A stretch of 35,247 nt of DNA from Phoronis australis (GCA_002633005.1 NMRA01001007.1:1-35247); one strand, 5' to 3'. Positions 11,320 to 23,447 are shown, counted from the stretch's first letter. The notes: generated from the letters alone by a model not told the origin. Made by a program: numbers and translations.

Positions 11320-13686
11320 ATGGGTGAGTTGGCTGGCATTATTTCGTTATTACAACAAATCAACCAACAGTAACAGAATGATCAGCGTTTTGCTGAGATG
11401 ATCACTAGTAGGCTGATGCACCAACCAACGACATCTACGCCAACTTTTGGTGCGTTCGACAGTTCAGTGGAACTCTGGAAGGGTTATTGGTCCAGATTCC
11501 AAACATTTGCACACTCCATACCTAAGAAAAAACTTTCACAAACTTTCTTGATGAATCCGACATCTACAGTTGATAAGTTGCTTGCAACTTTGGCAGAGCA
11601 GCAGACACCTTCCAAGGATATCAATCAACTGACAATCAATAAAATTACAACATTTATGGAGAATCAATTCAATTCGAAGTATTTTGTAGTCCGGGAGCGA
11701 TTCAAATTTTGGTCTAACACAAGAAGACAGCCAGGTGAGACAATACAGGAGCTAGCAACTCATATTCGACAAGACGCTGCAAAATGCTATTTTCCAACAA
11801 CAATGGATCCTCAGGATGAAGCTATGAGAATTAGATTTATTTGTTCAATTAATAATGAGGCGGTCCTAATAAAAGCCCTTTTCAAAATAAAAGATGACGA
11901 ATTATCTTTTAAGAAAGCCATAGAAATAGCAACAGAAATTGAAGAGGCGTCTAAAATTGCAAAAGAAACGGTTTACGGAGATCCAGTGCTTAAGTTACAA
12001 AAGAAAAGGAGGGAAGAAAGCAGGCAGAGCAAAGCACAGAAGTTTAGGTATTTTCCAAAGGGAACATGTCCCAGTTGCGGCAATGGATTGTCGTTTTAAA
12101 GAGACTGAATGCCATTTCTGTCACAAGAAAGGTCATATACAGGCTGCATGTCTAAGCAAAAGAAAGGCTAGGGATAAAGTAAGCAGCATTTTAGCAAGGC
12201 CAGAACAGAAAGTTAATCACATTTCGGATCGAGATCCAATTCAGATTGTTGTTCACATATGCGGCAAAAAACAGACATTTGACGTAGATACTGGATCACC
12301 GGACAATTTCATTTCGGAGATTTGGTTTAAACTTGGAAAACCTGTTTTATCGTCATCACATAGTCAGTACTTCGCGGTAAATGAAAAACCATTACCGTAT
12401 TCGCCGTAATAAGCGCCCCCCCACGCGTTTTCAGACTTTGCTGAAATAACTGCCCAGTGTATGAACGTGTACATGCAAACAATGACGTACCTACAGTCCT
12501 AAAACTCGGCTACAGTAACGTCTTCAATTTATCAAGAAAATTTTGCACAGGTCTTCTAGACCACCAGCGACACTGCTACGTTTGTATTTAGCCGTGACTA
12601 TGGTACTTCAAAGTAACGCAGCTCTTCTAAAAGAACTCAACAGCGTTGGTACTCTCGCGACGACCATGTCCCACTATGGTCTGACCTTTCAGTACAGACA
12701 CATCGACTGTCTCATGAATAACTCGGTGTTAAATCCGATAAAATGACAACCGACAGTGAATGCTTACACACCCTTACACCGAAAAATAACTGTCAGATAG
12801 TTACTTACGCATCCAGCTATACGGAGACTAATATGGGCCTTACCGAGACAAATGTCGAACGTTTTTAGCACATGAGACCGGCAAGTGCTGAATGAAACAC
12901 GCTCTGGTTTAGGCCTACTGCTTGTGCAAATTTCATTTCTTTAGACACAATGCACATCTAGCTCGTTAGATTGCGTGGCTCTGGCCAAAACACGGTCTCT
13001 GCTTTGGCAAATGAACTCTGGTGACACGCACGCGCTCGCTTACTCACAAACGCAGACGAACTTCAAAACAAACGTCACGTGACAACAACATGTTTGTTCG
13101 TCCAGACACTTTTCTCGCCGTGTTGCCGATCAAACATGTAGATGGCACGATGTTGCACAGATTTGTACTTAAACCTGCAGTTAATCCAGACTCCATGGGA
13201 ACTTAAAAAATTTTAGGGACGCTACGTAGAAAACTTAATGAAGATTTCAGGTAATTCGCTTGAGTCAAAACTATTTTTATTCAAGCATTGAAGTCGCCAT
13301 CAAGACGGCGATTTCGCGGCAGTCAGTCGGCGAGTTTTCGCCCTGGGATTTCAGCACAATTTTCTGTAAAATGATCGTAATTTAGCAGCACAGTTTGATA
13401 GCAATGCACCACAGTTTTGTTGAAAGTCTTTCATAGATTACAGATACATCACAGAGAGTAAATTTGATGAATCTTAGCGTCCGATTTCACCCGTTTTGGA
13501 GACCGGATTTCAACCGCCTTGGGTTATAATAAGCGCCCCCCTGAACCGAACTTTTCCAAGCGCCATGGGCGGTTATTACGGCGAATACGGTACCAGTTTT
13601 GGGAATTTTCAGTACAAACTCAACATTACAGTTCGATTCGCAGCATACAGCAAACATTGAATTAGTGGTAAGCAAATATGATTACT
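11320..13686 (+). pseudogene. Gypsy (Mag-like) gag-protease relic, interrupted by mariner MITE 12395-13590
   Basis: ATG at 11320 is in frame with ORF 11398 (one internal TAA). Gag motifs FDSSVELWKGYWSRF and ERFKFW...QPGETIQE. Zinc knuckle CHFCHKKGHIQAAC is preceded by a broken knuckle (CPSCG). Protease motif FDVDTGS. Removing the MITE restores NEKPL|PVLGIFST...IELVVS. No RT or integrase is seen. Confidence 0.9.
12395..13590 (+). mobile_element. Tc1/mariner (pogo-like) non-autonomous element, 1196 bp
   Basis: Perfect 18-bp TIR ccgtattcgccgtaataa / ttattacggcgaatacgg, TA duplication (12393-12394, 13591-13592), and repeated ataagcgcccc motifs. Confidence 0.92.
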
Positions 13687-13866
13687 TCCTCGAATTCCGA
13701 CAATTATGTTGCTCTGACGTCAAGGTTTTTTTTGTTCGCACTCTACAGATCGCAATTTTCGTCCGAAATTTGCACACGACGTGTAGATCTGGAAGTCCTG
13801 GAAGCCTATTGTTTATTTCAGGACTTTTGAAGATACAGAGGTAAACGTTACCAAGGGATCCCATAT

Positions 13867-14490
13867 CCGTATATTAAAGGTCTTTCAGAATCTGCACGTG
13901 TGTTCAGACAATATTGCCATAGTTACTGCTATGAAGTCGTGTAAGACTATCAGGAACATTTTAGTTCATCCCAAAGACAGCTAAGTGAGTATAAGAAATG
14001 TCAGTGTTTTTATTGCATTCCTTGCCTCAACTGTGAGTCAGTATACATCGGGGAGACTGGACGAGAGTTTTCAGTTAGGCGTAACGAACACAGAAAGGAA
14101 GTGGATGATCTGTATCAGTGTAGAGTCACGCGTTCAGAGAGGAGATGGTCTCGGTATACTATCAACAAATCTGCAGCGACGGACCATGCTATTGCTTTTA
14201 ACCACGTAATTAACTGGAAAGATGCTCGTCCTGTCGAGTCGGAAAGTAACTTGAGATCTAGACGGATTAGAGAGTCTATTTGGGTGAAAAAAGTGGCTCA
14301 GTTATGAACAGAGATGATGGGGAGTATAAATTGTCTAAAATTTGGAACAGTGTCATCACCTCGCTACCTAGTGTCCAATAGCTTCCGAAGATGGTTGCTG
14401 TGAGTAGCCGAAACTGTTAATGTACAGCGTTTTTGCTTGGTCGTGTCAATAACAATTAATCTATGTTTTCTCTACCAACCTTATGAAATT
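13867..14490 (+). mobile_element. Penelope-like retroelement 3' fragment (GIY-YIG endonuclease) with decayed hammerhead
   Basis: Reads PYIKGLSE...TIRNILVHPKD...FYCIPCLNCESVYIGETGR...RRNEH...KSAATDHA...HVINW...RRIRESIWV...MNRDDGEYKLSKIW, with frameshifts. Confidence 0.9.
14381..14424 (+). ncRNA. Degenerate type I hammerhead ribozyme of the Penelope pseudo-LTR
   Basis: ccgaaga (CUGANGA with a U-to-C change), stem II ggttgc/gtagcc, then gaaac-t-gtt. It sits directly after the GIY-YIG ORF, where such motifs are expected. Confidence 0.55.
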
Positions 14491-16261
14491 ATTTAGTGAA
14501 ACCGTTAATTGGTCGTTAACTAACTAATGTCTCAATAATTAACAACCAGGATTTTTTATGTCTTAAGTTGTATTTTTGTTAATTTCAAATGTTTCGTCCA
14601 TAGCAGAAATCAAGTTCATTTTTTGGGGGTCTTGTTATCCCTTAGGGTCCAAACACCCTGTCTTACCTGCAAAACCCATGAAAAATGGCATCTTAAGTTG
14701 TGGATATGGTGTTCAGAGTTACTATACTATCTTTTGGAAGAAGTTTTCGTTGCACTTATCAGTTTAAATAAAAGGTTAATTGGTCATTAAGTAGTAGGCA
14801 TCTTAATCAATAACCACGTTTCATCATTTTAATTTGAGTGGTGAATGAAAGAAACTTGAAACAGATGTTGCGCTCAAAATTTTAATTAAATGGATTATTA
14901 GGTCCTCTTTTGGACCCTCCAGGATTGTGCAAGCTAAGATGCCCCTTTCCTTCAATGGTAGGTGATTTACAATAGAATTACCCACTCAAACCTTTTGTAC
15001 TCAAAGACAAAGTGTGAATTAAGTCCTGCTGGCTCTCCAACTACATACTCTTCTGGTAGCATCGTTTGTGCTGGAGGTCCTTCGTGTGCTGCTTCTGATA
15101 CGCTTAAAACGACTACTCACTTCTCCAAAACACAACTTCGATGGAAAGTTTAGAGCAATGACAAAAAAGGAGGAAATATTAGGCATTTCAGGAAAAAGTA
15201 GGAAAAGTAGGAACACTTGAAAGCCGAGGTGAAAACCTATTATTTGATGACTGGATTTGGGCTGCAGAGACGAGGAACGTGTTGAAGCCCCTGTACAGCC
15301 AGCCGAGGGGCGTCACCTACGTGTTCCCTAGTTTGTAACTGAACAGATGAATGACAAATACATTAGGGGTTGTTTGGGGAAACTCGGACGGCGGTAAAAT
15401 TCGGACAAGTCTAAATAAACGTCAAATACATTAACAATCAAGATGCCTTACCACTAAATGAAAAGATTATTCAGTAGTACTAGTAGGTAAGGGAAGTTTT
15501 GATAAATTCGGACAAAACCACCTTAAGCTCGACTTGCTTACCAACCACTGAAGGTTTATGTGTCAGCTAATAACATTAGACAAGAAATGGGATCTCTGCA
15601 AATCTTTTGAGAAACCAACCATAGAGTTCAGTTTCAATGCCTTCGAATTTTAAGAATAATAACAACGGGGGTCGGGGAAATTCGGACCAGCAAATTCTGA
15701 ATAGGTAAAACTCGGACAAAATATATAACAGTACTTTATAATTTCAAAAAATGGATTTAGGTATTATTTAGCAGTCTTATCATCAGACGAATAATAAAAT
15801 TTAAGAAGTCATCATATCATGACACTCCTGGCCACATAAACAACGTAAAAGTACATCCGCCCTTACCAATTTGTGTGCAGCCCACGTGGTAGACAGCGCC
15901 ATTGTTGTTGACAAATTAAGTTTTAGATTGACCTCTTAAAACAGAAGGTCATCACATGATTACGAAAATCTCTCAAGAAAACGTCAAGAAAAGCATCTAG
16001 TAGCCTAAAAACACCGCAACATACAAAAAGTTGGAGGGGAAATTCGGACACAAGTTTTTTGATTAAATCATGCTTTTTGTAAGTTTTTGTATTGGAATTA
16101 ACACATAAAACTGCATAGTGATGAATTATGCATCAAGTAAATTCAAGTTCATTTACATGACAAGTGACCAAGTGACCTAAATAAAACTTGGAAAGACAGT
16201 GTACCTACCCCAGACTTTCGAAATCACCACGTGAAGCAGACGGCAGAGCGACATAAGGTGC

Positions 16262-16655
16262 TGTAGTAAATGTCGACGTCAGTATCAGCTGTGGCATCTC
16301 TATATTGTGACGTCCTTTTCGCTACAATGTTGATCTTGGCATGGTGCGACACCTGATGTCAGAAGTGCCCAGCAGAGGTCACCCTGTCATCACGTGACCA
16401 GTCACCTCTCAAGACCACTTGATAAGATCATCTGGGGTTTCTGGAGTTTGCGGCCCTCCCGTGCGGACGTGATGTAAGTACACTCTAGACTTTACTCTTC
16501 ACCGTGTTCAATAGGCCGAACCTGTTTGACTGTAGCAGTAGCTGCAGCCAACTAATACAACACTGTGTCGCACCATGCCAAGACCAACATTGTAACGAAA
16601 AGGACATCACAACATAGAGACGCCACAGCTGAGACTGACGTCAACATTTACTACA
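16262..16655. mobile_element. Ginger-like MITE, 394 bp
   Basis: TGT...ACA termini, ~90-bp TIRs (16262-16351 / 16565-16655), and flanks GTGC/TTGC (3 of 4 match to a 4-bp TSD). Confidence 0.7.
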
Positions 16656-16784
16656 TTGCTGAACATGCCTCATATCTGTTGAAACTTTGTTGTAATTCAA
16701 GTGAGGTGATAAATAAATCCCTACTATTGTTCAAAACTAGGTGGTTTCGTCTGCATTTACCCGAACTTCCCCTACCTACTAGTA

Positions 16785-17744
16785 TAGTCCGGATACCCAT
16801 CGTCGTCAGGCTCCAAAGGTCGTCCGCCATCTTGTTTCGCGTGCAGCGCAACCACGCGGGACTTAGCGTTCCAATTTGGAGTGCTCGTCTGCACGTTAGG
16901 TACTAACCTCTCGGGAGAAACGCGCATGGAAGAACTGAGACTAAAACTAGTGCATTTACCGACTGCTTTTTTGAGACCACTTAAAAACTTGTCGATTTTA
17001 CTAATGCACTTTTTTGTTCATTTTCAGAAGATATTTTCGAAATTAAATTTTCTTCAGACGAAACAAAAAGCAACTCGGGGATTGTCTATGCAATGTATCT
17101 ATTTGTCCCAGGCACTAACCGACACCTGTTAGGCCAAAGGAAAAACGCAGCAGACAAATGGAAAACGCTGAGTGTTTAACAGTTTCGACCCACGCCTTGG
17201 TCATCAAAACATTGTCCACTTGTTTTTTTATTGCAAAACACAGTACTGAGCTCGACATTTATGTTGACATTTTTGATTAAAGNNNNNNNNNNNNNNNNNN
17301 NNNNNNNNNNNNNNNNNNNNNNNNNNNNNNNNNNNNNNNNNNNNNNNNNNNNNNNNNNNNNNNNNNNNNNNNNNNNNNNNNNNNNNNNNNNNNNNNNNNN
17401 NNNNNNNNNNNNNNNNNNNNNNNCAAATAGATACATTGCATAAACAATCCCTGGGTTGCTTTTTGTTCCGTCTGAAGAAAATTTAATTTCGAAAATATCT
17501 TCTGAAAATGAACAAAAAAGTGCATTAGTAAAATCAACAAGTTTTTAAGTGGTCTCAAAAAAACAGTCGGTAAATGCATTAATTTTAGTCTCAGTTCTTC
17601 CACGCGTGTTTCTCCCGAGAGGTTAGTACCTAACGTGCAGACGAGCGTTCCAAATTGGAACGCTAAGTCCCGCGTGGCAGCGCTGCACGCGAAACAAGAT
17701 GGCGGACGACCTTTGGAGACTGACGACGAGAGGTAATCGGACTA
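16785..17744. mobile_element. Long-TIR foldback element spanning the assembly gap
   Basis: 16785-17105 is the inverse of 17424-17744. Termini are tagtcc...ggacta. Comparison with the uninterrupted host arm at about 15465-15495 shows a TA duplication. Confidence 0.8.
17283..17423. other. Assembly gap (141 N)
   Basis: Run of n. Confidence 1.
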
Positions 17745-18329
17745 TACTACTGAATAATCTTTTCATTTAGTGGTAAGGCATCTTGATTGTTAATATATTT
17801 GACGTTTATTTAGACTTGTTCGTATTTTACCGCCGTCCGAGTTTCCCCACCCTAAGCAAGTCGAGCTAGGTGGTTTCGTCGGATATTATTATTAACCCGA
17901 ACTTCCCTGGCCTAGGCTACAACGAAACTGAACGATGACCTTGGGCTTTGACAGAGAAACCAGATTTTTGACTAACTTTCAACTCACCGGTTCAATTAAA
18001 CGTGTAAACAGCTGTTCACTCTTCTCAATGTTTAATTATGGTCCGATTCACTTAGTATGTGTCAAATCATCTCTGTAATCGGGTTCAATGTCACGTACGC
18101 AACCACACGTTTTACCCAAGCCAAAATGAACGTAAACAGGAAATAAATTTTACGACAACAAAAATTGGCTTTTCGTCTTATATTTAATTTTACAAAATTA
18201 CGCATGGATACAAGTTTTGTATGATGAAGCAAATTTTAAAGTCACACTAGTCTGTCACTTTTAGTTTTGACCACAGTTTAGGTGGAAAGTGTGACAGTTA
18301 TTTGTCGTAAAATGAGGTCATCACCAATG

Positions 18330-18603
18330 ACATGACGCGTGCGCATGTGATTGTGAGTACAGAATTGCGGGATAATGGTTGATTAATCCAGACCTAAAGA
18401 AGAGTCATTTCGTTCGAAAAAATGGGAGTTTGTTTTGAGTTGAACTTCTGACTGTTTAAAATGCTTCCATAACATGACATTGATCTCTACAGGTCGTAGT
18501 TCCACGTTTGGTTTGGAGAACCAATATCCCATAACGCTTTGCGTTCGTGACGTCTATCCGTAAAAGGTCAATAAACAAATGGCCTCCGTAGCGACGAACA
18601 GAG
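18330..18603 (+). promoter_or_regulatory. Candidate promoter plus 25-nt first coding exon (MASVATNR) of the ankyrin gene
   Basis: NRF1-like tgcgcatgtg (18340), gtcgtagttc (18493), CCAAT (18521), ZNF143/Staf-like tcccataacgctttgcg (18527), tgacgt (18548) and YY1-like aaatggcc over ATG 18579. The donor AG|GTAGGC after 18603 is phase 1, matching exon 25190. Confidence 0.45.
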
Positions 18604-19569
18604 GTAGGCCATGTATTTAAAGGCAGTCAAAGATTATTTTCTATTAAATGGGCATGATGTCAACGGATTCAGTCTGAAAATATTGGGGTAGACATAGCCA
18701 GCCAGCTAGCTGTATGATGACTCGTCAAAATACAGCTAGGTCCCACTGCGACGTGTATTTCTTCCGTAGACCCCGAAATTGCACACAGCCAGGGTAGTTC
18801 TGCTCGTCACCGCGCCGTGAAATTTGTATCAAAATGTAAACCTAAGACCGGACGGGGTGCATGCAAAATCTGGGAATCAACCGATGCTCACCTTGCCCGT
18901 TACAGCCGTTTAAGTGAAAAACAATGCAATAAACGTCATTTTCTTGCGTAACTCTCCGCCTTTTCTAACAATGAAAAGTATAAGGTCGTCGTTTCGAAAA
19001 CAATACGCTCGTGTCACACGCACGCGCCATTTCCTAAATTTTCGCGACAACTTCGGAGAAGCAAAATTTGTTCTGAAATTCGGTTTTTCGGTATCGGAAT
19101 TCTAAAAAATTATAATGAAGTGAAACCAGTTCCAATAATTTGTTGTGACGTGTACGCAAGCTCGTGAAAGAACAGCAGTTGATTGAAGAATCGGCGAAAA
19201 AAGAAACTTTTCAATAGGTGACGCAATATTTCATGGCGCCGAAAACCGTCGCTAAAGATCGCTCCACAACTTTAGCAGCAGAATAATGGTAGAACGCCAT
19301 TTTTTCCAACACTGTTAGATAATCTTGTTTACTCAAGGAAGACTGTAGTTTTTAATGACACTAATTTTGTGTCAGATTTTATCTTACCACTTTTTTACCC
19401 ACATCAGTGCAAAGCTGTATATTTATATACAGCTTTGTACCAAGGCTAGGGTAGACAATAGTTCAAAAGCCGTATTACGACCTCAGGGTCTCGTGCCAAA
19501 ATCGGACCTTTACTTTTTAGCAGTTAGTTGGGCTTGGGGTAGCCTTGCCAGGTACCGTCAGAGGCCCTA

Positions 19570-20367
19570 GGCCTAAACTAAGTCGTGAGTGCCCTAAAGT
19601 CATGAACGAACTTATTTCCTCATCTGCGCGGTCCCGCGACATCTGGCGTTGAAGTTTCCAGCATTCGTCTGCTTGCGAACGTCAAACAAACACCCGGACG
19701 TGTTGGTATTCACAATATGATAACAAACAGTGAGTGAGTGGCTTCTTTTTTCAAATGTATCTTAAAAACAGCATATTTCACTAATCCACTTTTTTGAGCA
19801 TTTTTGGGATATATTTTCGAAAATATTCATTGTTCAGATTTACTCAAACACGAGCTCCAGGGGTAGTTTGAACAATGTATCAAAATGTCCCAGGATTGAT
19901 AAAGTTTTGTAAGGCCAAAGCAATAAAATACAGAGAGACAATTGATGCTGGGTCCTTAGTGTTTTACGTGAACAACCTCATTGAAAACGTCTGTGCACAT
20001 CAAAGTTGGGTGCAAAACATATAACAATTTATTTCAATTGCAACTGAATTAATAAACAATGCAATGCATTTTATGTCATCTAGAGTAACTGTACGCACTG
20101 TATTTGACTTGTGTGGTCTTACTTCGTGTATTTCCGTCTAACCGAAACGGTCACGACTTTAGGGCCTCATTCAAAATGGCCGGCAATATCAGCGACCGTT
20201 TCAAAACTCTGCTTACGGAGACAAACAAGGATTAAGATTGTCAAAACACGTATATTTGTGAAGGCTGATATATGTCCATGACATCACATGAGCAGTTGCT
20301 AACGGACATTGGGTAGTATGACAATCGGCACTTATTATGCTTATATTCACGACTTTAGGTCACCGGT
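19570..20367. mobile_element. Degenerate TIR element
   Basis: cctaaagtcRtga-like motifs at about 19572-19607 face inverted tcacgactttagg at about 20151 and 20347. No TSD identified. Confidence 0.4.
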
Positions 20368-20947
20368 GTCTATACTCGGGAACCCAATGGTCGTCCGCCT
20401 AAGCATAAAACCGGCTTGTTGTCGTACTCACCCAATTATTCCACTTCAAAGTTATGTTCTGCATAGAACTTGATTTGACTATCACAAATCCATAGTATTA
20501 GTTGATTCAAAAGTTTTCTTTTATTTATGCTGAGTTGTTTGAACTACATGTGCATTGCTTTTCGGCAGCCATTTTATAATGACTCCTGTGGTCGTCATAT
20601 GCTGCCGCCTTTTGAAAGAACAGAAAACCACACAGAAAAAGGCCAAGAAAATAGTGGAAAGTGGTTTACAAGAATTCTACTTCAACCACGAACTGTTTTA
20701 CTAGTATGATATCGATTTTTAAATCGATTAAAATAAATCACAAACGGTTTTATTCAAGATAGACCTTACTTATTTTCTATTTGTGTCCTCTTTATTGGAC
20801 TTTTTGCTCTTATTGTTCTTAACACCACTTATCTCTGCTGTCTTTATTTTTCTTTTCAGTTTTTCTTCATTCTCTGTTAACACCTTGTCAGCCAAAACAG
20901 AACTGTAACCCTTTGAGACTTTGTCGGTGCAAGTTGATCATTGAACC

Positions 20948-23167
20948 CAGTGTTCCACATCTGAAAATCTAAACAGGTTGCACGCGTAAAAACTGCAACG
21001 TGCCGGAACCGCACGGTGGTCAACATTCTCCATAAGATAGTGTGAAGGTTTTTGTGCACCTTATTTTTACCCATTCATTTTAATAGTAATGCACAGTAGT
21101 GCAACCAAATGACTGTGAGTATTCAACTTTTAATTTTTAAAAGTTTGACTTATTTACAAACATATCACATATGTCATAACCCATTTGCTTAGTCAATGAC
21201 CTTGAAATGGAAGTCTACAGACCTGTTTGATACACTGTATGGAGGTTTTTGGCTACTCAGTAATTGTGATGTCAATGTCAACTAAATACAAAAAGTCTAA
21301 CACAGAAGTAAACTTTTCACATGAAGTAGACAGTCCAAGTGAAGTGTCTTTGCAAAGTCAGTCACATTTTTATGTCCTGATAGAAGAGTCTACGTTTTCC
21401 CTTGGTCTGTAAGTGTAATGTCTTGCACAGCATTCTTATAGTCTGAATTCGATGTTCTGAAGCTGGTACAAAATACTGAACTTATGCACTACCAGAACTC
21501 TTGCAAAAAACTGCACAATATGCGAGTCCTCCCTTATGAATGCAAATTAGGTAGGATAAACAAAACAATTCACATGCGTTTTCCATGTATTTGGACGGGA
21601 GTGTTAGGCCTGTTGATGACAATCAATATTTCTAAAAAGATATCAATTGAATTATCAAACGCTTGCAACTACGGAATTCCCATAATTTTCAGGATTGTCA
21701 CAAACTCATTTCTCCTCATGAACACCATCTATTCTTAAGTTAGAGCGAATTGTATTCATTTGTATTGCCGATGTTTGACGTTGTCGGCAAAAATTCGGTT
21801 CACCGTTCGTGACACGGATATTTGCGATTCGTTGACCGAGCCTGGCAATATCACCACCATCCGGCCTTGGATTATCGTTCGTATCTGCATCTGAGTCAAC
21901 GTCAGTATCTGAAACATCTCTCGGTTTTTAAAATAATCCTTAGGTTTAGCGTGATGCTTCGCTTTCGCGTGGCAGACGACAATTCTAAGTATGCAGAATG
22001 CGCATGTCAATCGGTCGAGAAGCCAGGATAGAATTCACTAAGGTAAGGACCAAGCTAGGTAAACAAGACTGCAAGATTACGCGAGATATTACCGCTTGAT
22101 TTCAATGAGATTACGTGATTTTGGCTGCAATTTCTCAGCTCGAGACACATATATTTTGAACTTTACTCAGTGACGTCATCCGCTGTCCCAAATCTCGGAA
22201 TACTCCCACGAAACCGCAAACGTCACGCACGGCTACTATTGAGCTTGCAAACGGCTTGGCAGTTTTTTAGAGGGAGTATGCACCACAAATATAATGTTCA
22301 TGCTGCCAACAAAACTCCTTATAAGGCAACGAGATGAACTCGGTCACTCTCAATGGGTCGGTGGCACCAAAAGTAACCAATAATATTCATCTAAGTGAGA
22401 AATACACAAACAACAACCAATGAGAGCCATCAAAAGCAGTTTCATGCAAATGTTTTTGAGACTGGTATCGGTAAAGTCTGTGCCGTGGGGCAAACGGAAT
22501 ATTGAAAAATGTGCTACTAAAACCAAAATTCTGGCCTCCCAGAAGACGGCCGTTGCATAAACTGCTGTGCAACGGTGTCTTTGCTGACAACATATACTTA
22601 GCAGAACTAATCAGCAGAACTAACCACCGAGCCTTAGTTATTTTCAATGGGTAATATGATCAGTTGTCCGACGAACACAAAAAGTGAATAGGCCTAACGC
22701 AACGATCAGCGACTTTCGTGCCGGACTCCACCTCCAGTGAGCAGGTAGTGCATTAGGCGTATAGGTAGCTCTGGGCCTTTGTTTAAATTGACTAGTTGTT
22801 CCAGATGAATTGAAAATATAATTGAGAGATTATATACACGCCCCATTACACCATAAATAGACTAGCTGCCCGGTCTGCCGCTTGAGTGAACCGGTGATTA
22901 GGCTGTCCACAACTGACCACTTCCTTAGCCTTTATTCAGTTTCAGTGGGCTATGGCCAGTTGCTTTCAACCGTAATTTGAACCAGTGAAGACCTTATTAA
23001 CAACGACGACGCCTTTTTTACAAAATAGTCCCCATATTTTTAAACTGGTCGCAGGATTTTTAAACAGGACGCTGGATTTTTAAACAGGACGCGGGACATT
23101 TAAACAGGATGCGCGCTCGGCCAAACAGGACGCTGCAACATGTTAAAAGTGGTCATGGAGAACACTG
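20948..23167 (+). mobile_element. hAT-like non-autonomous element, 2220 bp, 5-bp TSD
   Basis: Termini cagtgtt(ct)cca / tggagaacactg. GAACC on both sides (20943-20947, 23168-23172). Subterminal tandem ttttaaacaggacgc repeats at about 23037-23133. A second copy starts at 7965. Confidence 0.85.
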
Positions 23168-23245
23168 GAACCTCGATACTATTGTTCTAATAAATTACCC
23201 AATCGTATTGTATCTTTTCTCACCTTTAACAGGTTTCTGCAATCT

Positions 23246-23267
23246 TAAATAAATAAATAAATAAATA
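23246..23267. repeat. (TAAA)5 microsatellite
   Basis: Direct reading. Confidence 0.9.
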
Positions 23268-23447
23268 CCCAAGTTGCATTTGCATTTTATTGCTCAATCT
23301 CTTCTTTTATTTTTGATTATGTCATGCTGTGTTGTATGTATAACAAATAATGCAATATAGTGAAATAAAGTCAATATGTTTTACTTTATTGGTGGCCATT
23401 CTCTATCAATTCAAGTATTTTAATTTTCTTCAAATAAATTCAAAATG

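Larger units (their letters stand above)
15366..17852. mobile_element. TA-flanked DNA transposon with ~150-bp TIRs (pogo/mariner-like), host of two nested inserts
   Basis: 15376-15525 is the inverse of 16737-16784 joined to 17745-17848 (ggggaaactcggacggcggtaaaat / attttaccgccgtccgagtttcccc). aaYtcggac motifs recur. A stray extra piece of the arm lies at about 17853-17908. Confidence 0.75.

Noticed and set aside
14980-15105. Minus-strand exon-like segment (YQKQHTKDLQHKRCYQKSM*)
   Set aside because: No recognisable homology and no linked coding exons.
15240-15345. Possible C/D-box snoRNA (tgatga ... ctga)
   Set aside because: No terminal stem or recognisable rRNA guide, and no established host intron.
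17175-17212. Hammerhead-like tgatgacc...ggtcgaaactgtt on the minus strand (also about 23520-23552)
   Set aside because: The core reads UUGAUGA, stem II would have to consume the catalytic GA, and the other copy has GAAAU. Too degenerate to call.
16881-17603. Recurrent ORFs MEELRLKL...MHFFVHFQKIFSK (also 23481-23723, 23821-24069)
   Set aside because: They recur only because they lie in copies of one foldback element. Starts and stops differ between copies and no domain is recognisable.
18617-18640. TTAA-aggcagtc as a Kolobok left end (also ttaaaggcgaagg at 29771)
   Set aside because: No matching inverted terminus found in the window.
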